From Coleofasciculus sp. B1-GNL1-01 (lineage in GTDB: Bacteria; Cyanobacteriota; Cyanobacteriia; Cyanobacteriales; Coleofasciculaceae), in assembly GCA_040220235.1 (NCBI GenBank), contig JAVJTO010000064.1: a DNA stretch of 64,000 nucleotides; one strand, given 5' to 3'. Position 1 is the stretch's first letter. Every line of letters starts with the position of its first letter. Of the stretch, positions 1-11,783 are shown piece by piece. The notes under the pieces are model-generated. The model was given only the letters and a program-made list of their open reading frames with translations, ran no database searches and was not told where the DNA came from. The translations under genes were made by a program, and so were the position numbers.

Positions 1-274
1 CTGAAGTTCCCCTTTGACAAATCGCTACACTGTATGCCTATCCAGACTTAGGGCGATTTCACTTTCGGCTTCACTGGGTACATATTAGGCTGACACCCAA
101 CAAATCTAAAGCCTTCCTTTGTACCGGAGTCGGTTCGGTTACCTTGTCAAAGTCGAAATTTACACCTGGGATATTAGACTGAATTCGATTGTTAACAATT
201 GTCCCTAAATCAGCTAACAAGGTTTGAAAGCTATGTACAGGTAAATTATCGGCTGACACCCAATAAATCTAAAG
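1..274 (-). pseudogene. IS1634-family transposase C-terminal remnant with probable right end
   Basis: ORF 71..259 reads ADNLPVHSFQTLLADLGTIVNNRI...T.PTPVQRKALDLLGV, which resembles IS1634 transposase C-termini; the rest of the gene is absent. Confidence 0.7.
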
Positions 275-279
275 TGAGG

Positions 280-393
280 AGGGCGGGTTTTGTTGTTCAT
301 TTATTGGTGACTAGCTGAGTTGATTCCCTAAACCCGCCCCTACAATTGTGACAATTGTTGCTAAACCCGCCCCCACAGTTCCTAAACCTGTCC
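280..393. repeat. REP/REPIN-like element cluster (GGGCGGGTTT...AAACCCGCCCCTAC)
   Basis: Internal inverted arms; near-identical inverted copy at 1323-1389; relatives near 30984, 35620 and 56675. Confidence 0.8.
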
Positions 394-1218
394 CTATACT
401 GTTGCTTTATCATCTTGATTCACGACGCGATTTAACTTGCCACTGTGATACCCTTCTAAATCTAGGGTGACATACAAAAAGCCTAAATCTTGAAACGCTG
501 ATACCAGTGTTGGTAAATCCATAGTCAAAACAAATTGTTTAATTTGTTCTGGCGATAATTCAATTCGTGCGGTATCCCCTTGAGAACGCACCCGCAAATT
601 TTTCCACCCTAATTTCCGTAAATAAACTTCTGCCCGCCCTACTCTTTGCAGTTTAGCAATTGTAATTTCTTCGCCATAAGGAAAGCGAGAACTCAAACAA
701 GGTTGAGCAGGTTTATCCCACCAGGGAAGCCCTAATTGTTGCGACAGTTGGCGCACTTCGGCTTTTGTTACCCCCACTTCCGCTAAAGGCGATCGCGCCC
801 CTCGTTCTTTCGCCGCTTGAATTCCTGGGCGATAGTCCCCCAAGTCATCAGCATTCACACCATCCACGACATAGGGATAACCCCGTTGCATCGCTAAGGG
901 TTTCAGCGTGTCGTGGAGTTCACTTTTGCAAAAATAGCAACGGTTAACCGGATTCGCCGTATAATTTGGATTATTCATTTCATCGGTTTGCACCAATTCA
1001 TGAGGAATGCCAATTACCGCTGCTTGAATCCGGGCGTCTTCCAATTCTTCAGGTAACAGAGATGGGGATTCGGCGGTTACCGCTAAAGCGCGATCGCCTA
1101 AAACATCATAAGCAATCTTGGCAACTAAGGTGCTATCCACTCCTCCGGAATAGGCAATCAATGCCCGATCCATTTGAGCAAATAAGCGGGTGAGTTGTTC
1201 AAGTTTATTATTTAACAT
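394..1218 (-). CDS. larE: ATP-dependent sacrificial sulfur transferase LarE family (PP-loop)
   Basis: AYSGGVDS PP-loop, NRCYFCK, DDLGDYRPG, QPCLSSRFPYG, LRVR; ATG at 1218 chosen over the upstream TTG at 1242. Confidence 0.9.
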   Translation of the reverse strand: MLNNKLEQLTRLFAQMDRALIAYSGGVDSTLVAKIAYDVLGDRALAVTAESPSLLPEELEDARIQAAVIGIPHELVQTDEMNNPNYTANPVNRCYFCKSELHDTLKPLAMQRGYPYVVDGVNADDLGDYRPGIQAAKERGARSPLAEVGVTKAEVRQLSQQLGLPWWDKPAQPCLSSRFPYGEEITIAKLQRVGRAEVYLRKLGWKNLRVRSQGDTARIELSPEQIKQFVLTMDLPTLVSAFQDLGFLYVTLDLEGYHSGKLNRVVNQDDKATV

Positions 1219-1278
1219 GGTTGTCAAGACAGATGACTTCAAGGCAGAAGGCAGGAAGCAGAAGTTATGCCTTATTAG

Positions 1279-1457
1279 AGGGGCGGGTTTAGGGGCAATT
1301 GTCGGGGCGGGTTTAGGGAATCATTGTAGGGGCGGGTTTAGGGAATCAACTCCGCTAGTCACCGCTAAATGAACAACAAAACCCGCCCTCTTCACCGATA
1401 AATGAACAACAAAACCCGCCCTCTTCACCAATAAATGAACAACAAAACCCGCCCTCT
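1279..1457. repeat. REP/REPIN-like cluster with three tandem 33-bp units
   Basis: GGGCGGGTTTAGGG x3, then TCACCnnTAAATGAACAACAAAACCCGCCCTCT x3. Confidence 0.85.
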
Positions 1458-1549
1458 TGTCGTTTATATTAGAGCCAAATGGCAAATGACGTAGCTTGCT
1501 GGGATAAGGGCGAGTATGACACAAACAAAAGACAAAGGATCAATACCAA

Positions 1550-2665
1550 TTAAGCCAAAAGCGATTCCCCTTGTTCGTCCGACGTTGCCAACTCCTCCAA
1601 ACGTTCCTGTTGATCCTGGGTAATACAGGCTTGAATCACAGACTCCAAATCCCCTTCCAACAAGCTATTCAGCGAATAGTTTTGGCTCAAGCGATGATCC
1701 GTCACCCGATTATCCTTATAGTTATAGGTGCGAATCTTCTCTGATCGCGAACCCGTCCCCACCTGCGATCGCCGCATTGAGGTTACCGCTTCCTGTTGCT
1801 CCCGCAGCTTCATTTCATACAGTTTAGCGCGGAGAATTTGCAATGCCCGTTCTCGGTTTTGCAGTTGAGAACGTTCCTCGGTACAGAAGATGCGAATCCC
1901 AGTCGGCTTGTGGAACAGATCAACCGCCGTTTCCACCTTGTTCACATTCTGTCCACCAGCACCACCCGAACGGGCTGTGGAAACTTCTAAATCCTTCGGA
2001 TCAACCTCAATTTCCACATCATCTACTTCTGGCATTACCGCCACAGTCGCGGTTGAGGTATGAACTCGTCCTCCTGCTTCCGTCACCGGGACTCGTTGCA
2101 CCCGATGCACACCCGCTTCAAATTTCAGCTTGCTATAAACCTGTTCCCCTTGAATTTCCAGAATCGCCTCTTTAAATCCGCCCATATCAGCCGGGGACTC
2201 ACTCAATAGCTTCACCCGCCAGTTCTGAGTTTCGGCATAGCGCGAGTACATTCGCACTAAATCCCCTGCCCAAATACTGGCTTCGTCGCCCCCGGTTCCG
2301 GCCCGAATCTCCAACATGATGTTCTTATCATCATTCGGATCACGCGGCAAGAGTAGGATTTTCAGGCGTTTTTCCAACTCCTCCAGCTTCGTTTGCAGTT
2401 CCTCAACTTCCAGGGATGCCATTTCGTGCATTTCACCATCCCCATTGGCTTCCTTGAGGATTTGGCGAGCGCCCGTCAGTTCCTCCTGGGCGGTTTTCCA
2501 GAGTTCGTAGGTGCTAACCACTTCCTCTAAAGACGAACGAGCTTTTGCCACCCGTTGCACTTCCACCGGATCAGTGGCAATATCTGGATCAGCCAAACGG
2601 CGCGTTAATTCGTGAAAGGTTTGTTCAACCGATTTTAATTTATCAAGTAAGTAAGTTTCCGCCAT
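1550..2665 (-). CDS. prfA: Peptide chain release factor 1
   Basis: GGQ motif (GAGGQNVNK), PVT anticodon motif, [11 protein letters not shown]. Confidence 0.98.
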   Translation of the reverse strand: MAETYLLDKLKSVEQTFHELTRRLADPDIATDPVEVQRVAKARSSLEEVVSTYELWKTAQEELTGARQILKEANGDGEMHEMASLEVEELQTKLEELEKRLKILLLPRDPNDDKNIMLEIRAGTGGDEASIWAGDLVRMYSRYAETQNWRVKLLSESPADMGGFKEAILEIQGEQVYSKLKFEAGVHRVQRVPVTEAGGRVHTSTATVAVMPEVDDVEIEVDPKDLEVSTARSGGAGGQNVNKVETAVDLFHKPTGIRIFCTEERSQLQNRERALQILRAKLYEMKLREQQEAVTSMRRSQVGTGSRSEKIRTYNYKDNRVTDHRLSQNYSLNSLLEGDLESVIQACITQDQQERLEELATSDEQGESLLA

Positions 2666-2773
2666 GGTTAAAGCGATCGCTCCATTGAAATAGCCTAAAA
2701 AAGCATTGAAGAGCGAAGTCTAACTATTAAGAGTTAGGCTCCGCTACCGTCGAACACACTTCAAGCTACCTCG

Positions 2774-3019
2774 CTATTTCTCTTTAGACGATTGCTGCTC
2801 CGAGGCATTTCCTTCTAACATGCCGTATTTCCGCATAAAGCGTTCCACACGACCTTCCGTATCAATAATTTTTTGGGTTCCCGTGTAGAAGGGATGATTT
2901 CCCGACCACACATCAACATGAATTTCCGGCTGGGTTGAACCAACCGTCATCACAACTTCTCCGTTGCAATAGACTTTGGCGTCTGGATACCACTGGGGAT
3001 GAATATCAGGTTTTGGCAT
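2774..3019 (-). CDS. rpmE: 50S ribosomal protein L31
   Basis: MPKPDIHP...HPFYTG...DTEGRVERF. Confidence 0.98.
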   Translation of the reverse strand: MPKPDIHPQWYPDAKVYCNGEVVMTVGSTQPEIHVDVWSGNHPFYTGTQKIIDTEGRVERFMRKYGMLEGNASEQQSSKEK

Positions 3020-3107
3020 AGTTACTATCCTCTCTCAGCAAGCGTTGCTTAGTTCTGTCATTTGGGGCGAAATCACCCCTGATGATTCGTCTTCTCTTCT
3101 CCCAATT

Positions 3108-3524
3108 CTAACGCTTCGAGTATTGGGGAGCTTTGCGGGCTTTATGTAAGCCATATTTCTTCCGTTCTTTGGCACGGGGATCGCGGGTTAAATATCCTTC
3201 CATCTTCAACGGAGAGCGATTTTCCGGGTCAAGTTCACAAAGCGCCCGCGCCACACCTAAGCGAATCGCATCGGATTGTCCGGTCAACCCACCGCCGTGA
3301 GCATTGACTAAAATGTCATAATCATTTTCTAGACCCAGGGTTTCCAATGGTGATTTGGTCACCATTAAATAGGCTGGATTGAGATTAAAGTAGACATCGC
3401 CGGGACGCCCGTTAACAACGAGTTGACCCGTCCCTGGAACTAGGCGCACCCGGGCAACTGAGGATTTACGGCGACCCGTTCCCCAGTAAACAGCGCGATT
3501 TTCTATCGGTTCTGTTGCTTGCAT
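3108..3524 (-). CDS. rpsI: 30S ribosomal protein S9
   Basis: [38 protein letters not shown]. Confidence 0.99.
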   Translation of the reverse strand: MQATEPIENRAVYWGTGRRKSSVARVRLVPGTGQLVVNGRPGDVYFNLNPAYLMVTKSPLETLGLENDYDILVNAHGGGLTGQSDAIRLGVARALCELDPENRSPLKMEGYLTRDPRAKERKKYGLHKARKAPQYSKR

Positions 3525-3979
3525 TAGTCTTGTTCTCCTGGAATGGTGTCAATGGTTAAGGTTTGAGGTTTTTGAGCGTCATGGGGATGGGTTGCTCCCC
3601 CATAAACTTTCAGCTTAGTAAAAAGTTTGCGACCCAGGGAATTTTTGGGCAGCATCCCTTTCACCGCCTTTTCAATAATCCGTTCTGGTAGGCGGGCTTG
3701 TAAATGGGCAAAGGTTTCCGTCTTCATCCCACCTGGACGACCGGAATGGCGGCGATAGAGTTTCTGACTGCTTTTTTTTCCGGTGACGACGACTTTCTCG
3801 GCATTGACCACGATCACGAAGTCCCCTGTATCCATGTGTGGGGAATAAGTCGGTTTATTTTTCCCTCTAAGAATCATGGCAATTTCAGTTGCCAATCGTC
3901 CCAGACGTTGACCGTCGGCATCGATAACGTACCAATTTTGTTCTAAGGAATCCTGAGTTGGCAGGTAAGTTTTTTGCAT
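3524..3979 (-). CDS. rplM: 50S ribosomal protein L13
   Basis: [30 protein letters not shown]. Confidence 0.99.
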   Translation of the reverse strand: MQKTYLPTQDSLEQNWYVIDADGQRLGRLATEIAMILRGKNKPTYSPHMDTGDFVIVVNAEKVVVTGKKSSQKLYRRHSGRPGGMKTETFAHLQARLPERIIEKAVKGMLPKNSLGRKLFTKLKVYGGATHPHDAQKPQTLTIDTIPGEQD

Positions 3980-4012
3980 GAGTTTTTTTTGATTACTTCA
4001 AACGGTAAACAG

Positions 4013-4864
4013 TTAACCTAAACACAATTGAGGGGGCGTCTCGGTGGGCAAGATAAACGTCGGCTGAGTATCAAACCACGTTTTTGGCGGAAACGGCGAA
4101 TTTGGATATCCCACTCGTAACAAACACAGACCCTTTGCTGGCGCTGAATATTTGATCCGCTCTCGTTGTTGATTCACCCACAGTTGAGTAAACTCCTGGG
4201 GATCAAGCTTGCCCCGCCCTACCTCCACCAGCATGCCGACGAGTAGCCGCACCATGCCGTATAAAAATCCATCCGCCTGAATTTCAATATGAATAAATGA
4301 ACCATTCCGGTAACAGTGGGTGTCCTGAACCGTGACCCAGGAATGCTTCCGTGACGAGTTGGCGCGATGGAACGCTGCTAGGTGGTGTTTGCCCCGCAGT
4401 GGATTCAGTGCTTCCTGAATCCGATGTTCATCCAAGGGAGCGTGATAGTAATGCCAACTAAACGGTCGCACAAATAGGTTGGGACAAGCATCTGTATAGA
4501 TACTGTACCGATACCGACGCCAAATCGCCGAAAAGCGAGCATGCCAATTGGCGGGGACAGGGGCTGATGCCCGAATCAGGATATCCTCCGGTAGTCGGCT
4601 ATTGAGCATCGGCATCCACCGCTCCCCCGGAATCGGACGGCTGCTATTAAAATGGGCGACTTGGGCAGCGGCATGAACTCCTGTATCAGTACGCCCCGCC
4701 CCGTGTAAGGTTACAGGTTTTCCTTCGACGGTGGACAGAACTTGCTCAATATCCGCTTGTACCGTGCGATGGTGAGGCTGTCGTTGCCAACCATAGAACT
4801 TTGTACCCAGGTATTGAATCACCAGAGCAATGCGTTGAGTTGGCTTAGCCTCGCACTCGGACAT
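4013..4864 (-). CDS. truA: tRNA pseudouridine(38-40) synthase
   Basis: YLGTKFYGWQRQ, GAGRTDTGVHA, HARFSA, FLYGMVR. Confidence 0.97.
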   Translation of the reverse strand: MSECEAKPTQRIALVIQYLGTKFYGWQRQPHHRTVQADIEQVLSTVEGKPVTLHGAGRTDTGVHAAAQVAHFNSSRPIPGERWMPMLNSRLPEDILIRASAPVPANWHARFSAIWRRYRYSIYTDACPNLFVRPFSWHYYHAPLDEHRIQEALNPLRGKHHLAAFHRANSSRKHSWVTVQDTHCYRNGSFIHIEIQADGFLYGMVRLLVGMLVEVGRGKLDPQEFTQLWVNQQRERIKYSAPAKGLCLLRVGYPNSPFPPKTWFDTQPTFILPTETPPQLCLG

Positions 4865-4873
4865 GACTTGAGT

Positions 4874-5224
4874 TCACACCAGCTCGATAATTGCCATTTC
4901 CGCATTGTCCCCACGACGGCGCAGGGTTCTGAGTACGCGAGTATACCCACCGTTACGATTGCCATAGCGATCATTCACCCCTTCAAACAAGGCATGAACT
5001 AACTGCTTGTCGTAAATATAACCCAAGGCTTGACGGCGAGAGGCTAGGGAGCCATCTTTTGCCAAGGTGATCATTTTTTCCACTTGGGAACGCACAGCTT
5101 TTGCCCGCGCTTTGGTGGTGGTGACTCGACCATGACGAATCAACTCCGTAGCTAAGCTTCTGAGCAGCGCTCGACGCTGGTCGGCTGGTTTTCCCAGTTT
5201 GGGTACGCGACGACGATGACGCAT
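4874..5224 (-). CDS. rplQ: 50S ribosomal protein L17
   Basis: [11 protein letters not shown]...RNGGYTR...[14 protein letters not shown]. Confidence 0.99.
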   Translation of the reverse strand: MRHRRRVPKLGKPADQRRALLRSLATELIRHGRVTTTKARAKAVRSQVEKMITLAKDGSLASRRQALGYIYDKQLVHALFEGVNDRYGNRNGGYTRVLRTLRRRGDNAEMAIIELV

Positions 5225-5315
5225 TTTCTTTTCTTCCTCTACAATCCCACAACAATGAAAACTTTTTCAATCGAATGGCTAATCGAGTTGACGATTAGCC
5301 ATTGAGTCTCAATCC

Positions 5316-6263
5316 TTAAGTTGGTTTAGCCGATTTTTCGTGGGGCAATGTAATCCCCAAGCGTTTTTGCAAGGCATCGATGACTTCTTCGGCAGACTTT
5401 TGACCAAAGTTCTTGATTTCGAGCAGATCCTCCTGGCTATAATCTAGTAAATCAGCAACGGAGTTAATTTGCGCTCGCTTGAGGCAGTTATACGCCCGCA
5501 CCGACAGTTGCAGTTCTTCAATCGGAATTTGGCTGGTTGGATCTTCATCTTCAGGACGACCCACAGGCTCTGGCTTCAGCTCGATATCTTTCAGGGGATT
5601 GAATAAATCCACCAGAATATTAGCGGCTTGACTCAGTGCTTCCTGGGGTGACACGCTGCCATTGGTCCAAACATCTAAAATTAAGCGGTCTTTTTCCAGG
5701 GAACCGTCAATCCGAGTATCCTCGACGCTGTAGTTGACCTTGGTCACTGGCATGAATACGGCGTCAAGTTGCAGGAAATCGACTGAAGATGTTTCATCAC
5801 GACCCCGTTCTACAGAGCGATATCCTTTGCCTCTTTCGATACGGAACTCCATTTCCAGTTTGGCGCCGTCGGCTAGGGTGGCGATATACTGACCCGGATC
5901 AACAAATTCTACGTCCGACGGTAGGTCAAACTGAGCCGATCGCACGGTTGAGGGTCCAGTGATCATGACTCGACCAATATGGGGTCCGGGCGTATAACTT
6001 TTGAGGACGACTTCCTTCATATTCAGGAGAATTTCTAAGACATCCTCTCTGATTCCCTCAATCGTGGCAAACTCATGATTGACTCCAGCAATCCGGACTG
6101 CAGTAATTGCTGTCCCTTCTAGGTTAGACAGGAGAACCCTTCTCAGGGCGTTGCCAACTGTTGTACCTTGACCGCGTTCTAGAGGTTCTAGGACAAATTT
6201 GCTATATTGACTTTGATTCTTTAGTGTTTTGGATTCTACGCACTCAATCTGAAACTGCGCCAC
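5316..6263 (-). CDS. rpoA: RNA polymerase alpha subunit
   Basis: EPLERGQGTTVGNALRRVLLS, LSVRAYNCLKRA; GTG start at 6263 after AAGGAGG. Confidence 0.98.
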   Translation of the reverse strand: MAQFQIECVESKTLKNQSQYSKFVLEPLERGQGTTVGNALRRVLLSNLEGTAITAVRIAGVNHEFATIEGIREDVLEILLNMKEVVLKSYTPGPHIGRVMITGPSTVRSAQFDLPSDVEFVDPGQYIATLADGAKLEMEFRIERGKGYRSVERGRDETSSVDFLQLDAVFMPVTKVNYSVEDTRIDGSLEKDRLILDVWTNGSVSPQEALSQAANILVDLFNPLKDIELKPEPVGRPEDEDPTSQIPIEELQLSVRAYNCLKRAQINSVADLLDYSQEDLLEIKNFGQKSAEEVIDALQKRLGITLPHEKSAKPT

Positions 6264-6517
6264 GGAGTGACCTCCCTCCTTTAATTCATAGGAACCCATC
6301 AAAAGCACCAAGCGAGTACTTTTGAATTTTTGTTGCGCCTAACCCACAATTTGGTACAAGTGGCACTAAGCAAAGTATTAGTGGTTGGCATAATTCGCTC
6401 GATGCTGACACTTGATTTTGTTGTCGAGTCGAGACGGATGCGGGGTAAACCGATTTACAGGTTTTCAATCCAACTCTGGGTTTAACCTCCCCAATTCCCC
6501 TTCCCAATTTCCCGATC

Positions 6518-6910
6518 CTAGACGCGGCGTCGTTTCGGGGGACGGCAACCATTATGAGGAATTGGCGTGACATCCCGAATTAGGGTAATTTCTAGTCCTG
6601 CCCCTTGTAGGGCGCGAATAGCCGTTTCTCGACCTGCACCCGGACCGCTAACCATTACCTCTATTTGACGCATTCCTTGGTCTATCGCTCGACGGGCGGC
6701 GTTATCGGCAGCGGTTTGAGCGGCAAAGGGGGTGCCTTTCTTAGCTCCCTTAAACCCACTTGATCCCGCCGATGCCCAGGAAACCACATCACCTCGCGTG
6801 TCAGAAATGGTGACGATGGTATTGTTGAAAGTGGACTGGATGAATGCCATTCCATTGGGAACGTTTCGTTTCTGCTTTTTTGTACCAGTTTTTTTAGTTG
6901 GTCGCGGCAT
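6518..6910 (-). CDS. rpsK: 30S ribosomal protein S11
   Basis: [35 protein letters not shown]. Confidence 0.99.
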   Translation of the reverse strand: MPRPTKKTGTKKQKRNVPNGMAFIQSTFNNTIVTISDTRGDVVSWASAGSSGFKGAKKGTPFAAQTAADNAARRAIDQGMRQIEVMVSGPGAGRETAIRALQGAGLEITLIRDVTPIPHNGCRPPKRRRV

Positions 6911-6959
6911 ATCGCTTTAGTTGGCTATCTTAGTGATGGGTGTGAACTGAATAAGAGTG

Positions 6960-7343
6960 TTACTTCTTCGCGGGTGCTTTTTTCTTCCCGGCAACGGCAA
7001 TACGTCTACCCCGGCGGGTACGGGCATTGGTGCGGGTGCGTTGACCGCGCACAGGTAACCCTTGGCGATGACGACGCCCGCGATAGGTGCCAATATCAAC
7101 AAGGCGCTTGATATTCATGGCTTCCCAGCGCCTTAAGTCTCCCTCGACTTGATAGTCGCCCTCGACCACTGATCGCAGGGTGGCTACGTCAGCATCGCTT
7201 AAATCCTTGACGCGGATATCTGGATTAATACCCGTTTTGGTAAGAATTTCTTTGGAGCGAGATAGACCAATTCCGTAGATGTAGGTTAGACCAATTTCTA
7301 TTCGTTTATCGCGAGGTAGGTCTACACTGGCAATTCTTGCCAC
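6960..7343 (-). CDS. rpsM: 30S ribosomal protein S13
   Basis: [42 protein letters not shown]. Confidence 0.99.
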   Translation of the reverse strand: MARIASVDLPRDKRIEIGLTYIYGIGLSRSKEILTKTGINPDIRVKDLSDADVATLRSVVEGDYQVEGDLRRWEAMNIKRLVDIGTYRGRRHRQGLPVRGQRTRTNARTRRGRRIAVAGKKKAPAKK

Positions 7344-7403
7344 GGTATTTTTCTCCCTTTTGCTGGTTTTGTGCTACAAATGAGTCTTATAGAGTCTGCT
7401 GGA

Positions 7404-7517
7404 TTACCCCTGACGTTGTTTGTGCTTGGGGTTTGGACAAATAACCATTACTCGACCCCGGCGTCGAATAACGCGACATTTTTCGCAAATTTTGCGGACG
7501 GATGCTCTAACCTTCAT
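7404..7517 (-). CDS. rpmJ: 50S ribosomal protein L36 (below the ORF-track size cutoff)
   Basis: Translated by hand: [37 protein letters not shown]. Confidence 0.97.
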   Translation of the reverse strand: MKVRASVRKICEKCRVIRRRGRVMVICPNPKHKQRQG

Positions 7518-7604
7518 GGTTTTTTTAGTTACAACGCAAGCACATTATCATATCATTTTTTGGTTTTCGCGTCAAATAACTCCCGAAACCAACTCTACCG
7601 ATTT

Positions 7605-7829
7605 TTATTTTTTGCGAAGTCGGTAGGTGATTCGCCCCTTGCTCAAGTCATAAGGGGTCAGTTCAACTTTGACGCGATCGCCCGGTAAGATTTTGATGTA
7701 GTTACGGCGAATTTTGCCAGAAATATGGGCAAGGACGTTGAAGCCATTATCCAAATCAACCCGAAACATGGCGTTCGGCAAGGATTCGGTTACCGTCCCT
7801 TCCATTTCAATTAAGTCTTGTTTAGCCAA
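7605..7829 (-). CDS. infA: Translation initiation factor IF-1
   Basis: TTG start; [27 protein letters not shown]. Confidence 0.98.
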   Translation of the reverse strand: MAKQDLIEMEGTVTESLPNAMFRVDLDNGFNVLAHISGKIRRNYIKILPGDRVKVELTPYDLSKGRITYRLRKK

Positions 7830-8043
7830 TTTTGTCGTTCCTCAATACAATTGGTCACTAATTCCCCTCCACACAGATAGAGATTTGTCCAGGGAGTGTT
7901 ATGTTAACTTATGTTATCAAAATCCTCCCCCAAAGAGCCTGTCCCAATCAAGGGAAGCCTTAGAAATAGTAACGACTTACCCTAGAGGAGAACATCCCTC
8001 AAAAGTGAGACGGCGTTCGTTTTCCGGTTTGAGCATGGATGAC

Positions 8044-8598
8044 TTAACTCGACATCACCTGCTTGAGAGAATCCGTAACCTCCTCCATTGGTCTATCCCC
8101 ATCAATCTCACGTAAGATTGAGCGATCGCGGTAAAACTCAATCACCGGTCCAGTCTGTTGGCGGTAAACGTCTAGGCGTCGCCGAATCGTCTGCTCATTA
8201 TCATCTTGGCGTCCCCGGCAGAGTAACCGATTCAGGATTGATTCATCGGTGACATCCAAATAAATGGCATAATCGCACTGCTGATCGAGATCCTGAAGCA
8301 GATTCTCCAGAAAAGCCGCTTGGCTAACATTACGCGGAAATCCATCCAAAATCCAACCCCCTTGAGTATCAGGTTGTTTGAGGCGATCGCGAATCAGATC
8401 CAGAATCAATTCATCTGGCACCAACTCGCCACCATCCATATAAGACTGCGCCTTTTGTCCGAGGGATGTAGATGCGGCGGTCGCACTCCGTAGAATATCC
8501 CCGGTAGATATGTGAGGAATCTGATAAAGCTGAGCGATATGCTGAGCTTGCGTTCCTTTGCCTGCTCCTGGTGGTCCTAAAAAAACTAATCGTGTCAT
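8044..8598 (-). CDS. adk: Adenylate kinase (short-lid type)
   Basis: [23 protein letters not shown]. Confidence 0.98.
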   Translation of the reverse strand: MTRLVFLGPPGAGKGTQAQHIAQLYQIPHISTGDILRSATAASTSLGQKAQSYMDGGELVPDELILDLIRDRLKQPDTQGGWILDGFPRNVSQAAFLENLLQDLDQQCDYAIYLDVTDESILNRLLCRGRQDDNEQTIRRRLDVYRQQTGPVIEFYRDRSILREIDGDRPMEEVTDSLKQVMSS

Positions 8599-8603
8599 TG
8601 GTT

Positions 8604-8652
8604 ATTTGTCATTTGTCCTTTGTCATTTGTCATTCGTCCTTTGTCCTTTGTC
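8604..8652. repeat. STRR-type heptamer tandem repeat (TTTGTCA/TTTGTCC)
   Basis: Same family near 13657-13690 and 18126-18172. Confidence 0.8.
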
Positions 8653-8755
8653 AATTTGATGTCTGCTCAAGTCCAGCTTTGAATTATCGAGACATCCCAT
8701 TTGGGTTTAATCAACGATGAACAAAGGACAAGTAACCAATGACATAGCCAAAACT

Positions 8756-10102
8756 TTACTGCTTGACCATACCCTCGTAACGCTGTGAAATCACATACGT
8801 TTGAACTTGTTTCGCCGTGTCAATTGCCACACCGACCAAAATCAGTAACGAGGTAGCGCCTAGCCCTCTAAACGTGGTCACTCCCGTCGCACTTTCGACA
8901 GCCGTTGGCACAACCGCCACCAGTCCCAGGAAAATGGCACCCAAAAATGTTAACCGATTCAGCACTCGCTCAACATAGTCGCTTGTGGCTTTACCTGGAC
9001 GAATTCCCGGAATACTCGCTCCCATTTTCTTCAAATTCTGCGACATATCAACCGGATTCACGATCAACGACGCATAGAAATAGCTGAAAAAGAGAATTAA
9101 CACCAGATAAACCAGTACATACAGCCACGGCGTCGGACCATTCGGGCTAATATACAGTGCTACCTGATTTACCCCTTGCATGAGCGACCCTAAAAAGCCT
9201 TCCCCCGTGCCACCACGAGCAAAGCCAGCCAGAGACGTGGGCAGAATCAAAACGGCTGAGGCAAAGATAATCGGCATTACCCCACCTTGGTTCAGTCGTA
9301 GCGGCAGATAACTCGTCCGTTCCCGATAGAGGCGACGCCCAACTTGGCGTCTTGCCGAAATAATCGGAATCCGGCGTGTTCCCTCCTGAACAAAGACAAT
9401 CCCCACAATCATCACCAGGAAAACCAGGAGCAAAATGACCACCTTACCTGCCATTTCTCGCCCCCCCGTCTGTGCCAATTCAATCGTTTGACCCAATGTC
9501 CGGGGCAGAACTGCCACAATATTGACAAAAATCAACAAGGATGCTCCATTACCAATCCCGCGTTCGGTAATCAGTTCCGAAATCCACATGACAAACATTG
9601 AGCCAGCCGTGATGGCTAGCACAGTTTCCACAAAGAACAGAGTTCCGGGATTTGTGGCAAATTGGCTGGCAAATATTGCCAAACCCACACTTTGCAATAT
9701 CGCCCAACCGAGGGCGACATAACGGGTAATTTGAGAAATCTTTCGACGTCCAGCTTCCCCTTCATTCTTCTGCAAATTTTCCAGCGTAGGAATAGCTGCC
9801 GTCAGCAACTGCAAGATAATCGACGCATTAATATAGGGCAAGATTCCCAGGGCAAAAATCCCTAAAGCCGAGAACCCTCCCCCAGAGAAAAAATCTAAAA
9901 TGCCAGCGATGGGAACGTTTCCACTTTGGATAGCGGTGGCAAGTTGTTCCCGATCAATTCCCGGTACAGGTAAAAAGACACCAAACCGGGCTAGGATCAA
10001 CAAACCGATGGTCAAAAGCAACCGACCTCTAAGACCGGCAGCTTGTGCCATCTGCATAAATGTTTCTTGAGCCGTTGGAGCTTTGTCTCGACTGACGACC
10101 AT
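8756..10102 (-). CDS. secY: Preprotein translocase subunit SecY
   Basis: IFALGILPYINASII, ITERGIGNGASL, GVMPIIFAS, IPGIRPG. Confidence 0.99.
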   Translation of the reverse strand: MVVSRDKAPTAQETFMQMAQAAGLRGRLLLTIGLLILARFGVFLPVPGIDREQLATAIQSGNVPIAGILDFFSGGGFSALGIFALGILPYINASIILQLLTAAIPTLENLQKNEGEAGRRKISQITRYVALGWAILQSVGLAIFASQFATNPGTLFFVETVLAITAGSMFVMWISELITERGIGNGASLLIFVNIVAVLPRTLGQTIELAQTGGREMAGKVVILLLVFLVMIVGIVFVQEGTRRIPIISARRQVGRRLYRERTSYLPLRLNQGGVMPIIFASAVLILPTSLAGFARGGTGEGFLGSLMQGVNQVALYISPNGPTPWLYVLVYLVLILFFSYFYASLIVNPVDMSQNLKKMGASIPGIRPGKATSDYVERVLNRLTFLGAIFLGLVAVVPTAVESATGVTTFRGLGATSLLILVGVAIDTAKQVQTYVISQRYEGMVKQ

Positions 10103-10343
10103 AAAGGGGTACCTCCAGATGACACAGTGTTGACCTCTCCCTGGTATAAATAAACAGGGATTCTAATAGGATACTTCGGGGCTACTTAAAATCGCGTCCC
10201 TTCGGATCTTATTAGAGTTCCAGATCAATAACCTGGATGGCGCGGTCAAAAACGCCCTACAGACCTTGGTTAGATCAAGACCTAACTGTATCTCTACTTT
10301 TCTCACACTATCAGCAGCACCATTACCCGCCAACGCTAAAACG

Positions 10344-10793
10344 TTACGCCTCAATCACTTCACAACTCCCGCCAGCCGCCTCAATTTTTTGGCGAGCGCT
10401 AGCCGTGAAGGCAGCAGCTTTAACAGTTAGCGATACAGTCAACTCCCCGTCGCCCAGAATTTTCAGCGGTCCGTCGTTAGTGGTGACGATACCCGTTTCC
10501 ATCAGTGACGGTAACGTCACCTCTGTATTGGCAGGGAGCGATGCCAACTTACCTACATTTATCGTAGTGTAATGTTTGGGATTAATCACCGTAAAGTGTT
10601 TTAGCTTAGGTAAGCGGCGGTACAAAGGCATCTGACCCCCTTCAAACCCCGGTCTTGTACCCCGACCCGATCGCGACTTTTGTCCGCGCATGCCAAAGCC
10701 ACAGCTAGCTCCTTGACCGGCGCTAATCCCGCGACCAACACGACGACGACGTTTCTTTGCACCGTCTTGGGGTGCTACAGTATGGATTCTCAT
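10344..10793 (-). CDS. rplO: 50S ribosomal protein L15
   Basis: [26 protein letters not shown]. Confidence 0.99.
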   Translation of the reverse strand: MRIHTVAPQDGAKKRRRRVGRGISAGQGASCGFGMRGQKSRSGRGTRPGFEGGQMPLYRRLPKLKHFTVINPKHYTTINVGKLASLPANTEVTLPSLMETGIVTTNDGPLKILGDGELTVSLTVKAAAFTASARQKIEAAGGSCEVIEA

Positions 10794-10873
10794 AATTTAG
10801 ATCGTGAAACTCAAAACTCAGACGTGCCATGGCACGTCTCTACATTTAAAACTCAAAACTCAACACACTATCT

Positions 10874-11395
10874 TTAGACATAGAGCTTCTCAATCTCAAC
10901 CCCGCGTTCTTGCGCCACTTCCTTGAATGTCCGGAGCGCATCTAGGGCATTGATAGCAGCTCTAGCATTATTTAAGGGATTATTAGACCCCAGTTGCTTG
11001 GCTAAGATATTACGAACCCCTGCCAATTCCAACACCGTCCGTACTGCGCCACCAGCAATTACACCTGTACCGGGTGCAGCAGGTCTTACCATGACCTTGG
11101 CACCAACAGCCGCTCCATTAGAGGGATGAGGAATGGAATTCGACTTGGTTAACGGAACATCGATGACTTGTTTTTTGGCATCGACAACCCCTTTGCGAAC
11201 AGCGCCAATCACATCACTGGCTTTACCCACACCAACGCCTACCTGACCGCGCTCATTGCCAACCACAACGATCGCCCGGAAACTTAATTTTTTACCGCCT
11301 TTGACCACCTTGCTGACTCGACGGATTTGAATAACCCGCTCTTGCCATGTGCTGTCTTTTTCTTTGGCGCGGTTACCTTTGCGACGATTTGCCAT
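10874..11395 (-). CDS. rpsE: 30S ribosomal protein S5
   Basis: [21 protein letters not shown]. Confidence 0.99.
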   Translation of the reverse strand: MANRRKGNRAKEKDSTWQERVIQIRRVSKVVKGGKKLSFRAIVVVGNERGQVGVGVGKASDVIGAVRKGVVDAKKQVIDVPLTKSNSIPHPSNGAAVGAKVMVRPAAPGTGVIAGGAVRTVLELAGVRNILAKQLGSNNPLNNARAAINALDALRTFKEVAQERGVEIEKLYV

Positions 11396-11420
11396 AATTT
11401 AAATTGTGCTTTACTTACTT

Positions 11421-11783
11421 CTAGAAGTCTAACCCAGCTTCACGCGCCGCTTCTGCCAAAGCTTTCACGCGACCATGGTACAGGTTTCCTCCCCGGTCAA
11501 AAACAACCTGAGATATACCTTTTTCCAACGCTCGCTGGGCAATTAATTGACCCACTTTAACCGAGGCGTCACAGGTTGCACCTGATTTTACCTCTGACTT
11601 CAGTCCAGGTTCTAGAGTGGAAGCCGCCGCTAGGGTGTGTTGCTGATGATCATCAATAACCTGCACATAAATGTGCTGATTTGACCGAAAGACGGCTAAT
11701 CTTGGACGTTCAGCACTACCTTGGACTGTCCGACGCACGCGCCGATGTCTACGGCGGACTGATTCTTTACGAGTAAGTTTCAT
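11421..11783 (-). CDS. rplR: 50S ribosomal protein L18
   Basis: [28 protein letters not shown]. Confidence 0.99.
   Translation of the reverse strand: MKLTRKESVRRRHRRVRRTVQGSAERPRLAVFRSNQHIYVQVIDDHQQHTLAAASTLEPGLKSEVKSGATCDASVKVGQLIAQRALEKGISQVVFDRGGNLYHGRVKALAEAAREAGLDF

Noticed and set aside
1359..1457. Three 33-bp direct repeats resembling a mini CRISPR array
   Set aside because: Units are head-to-tail with no unique spacers, belong to the dispersed REP-like family, and no cas genes are present
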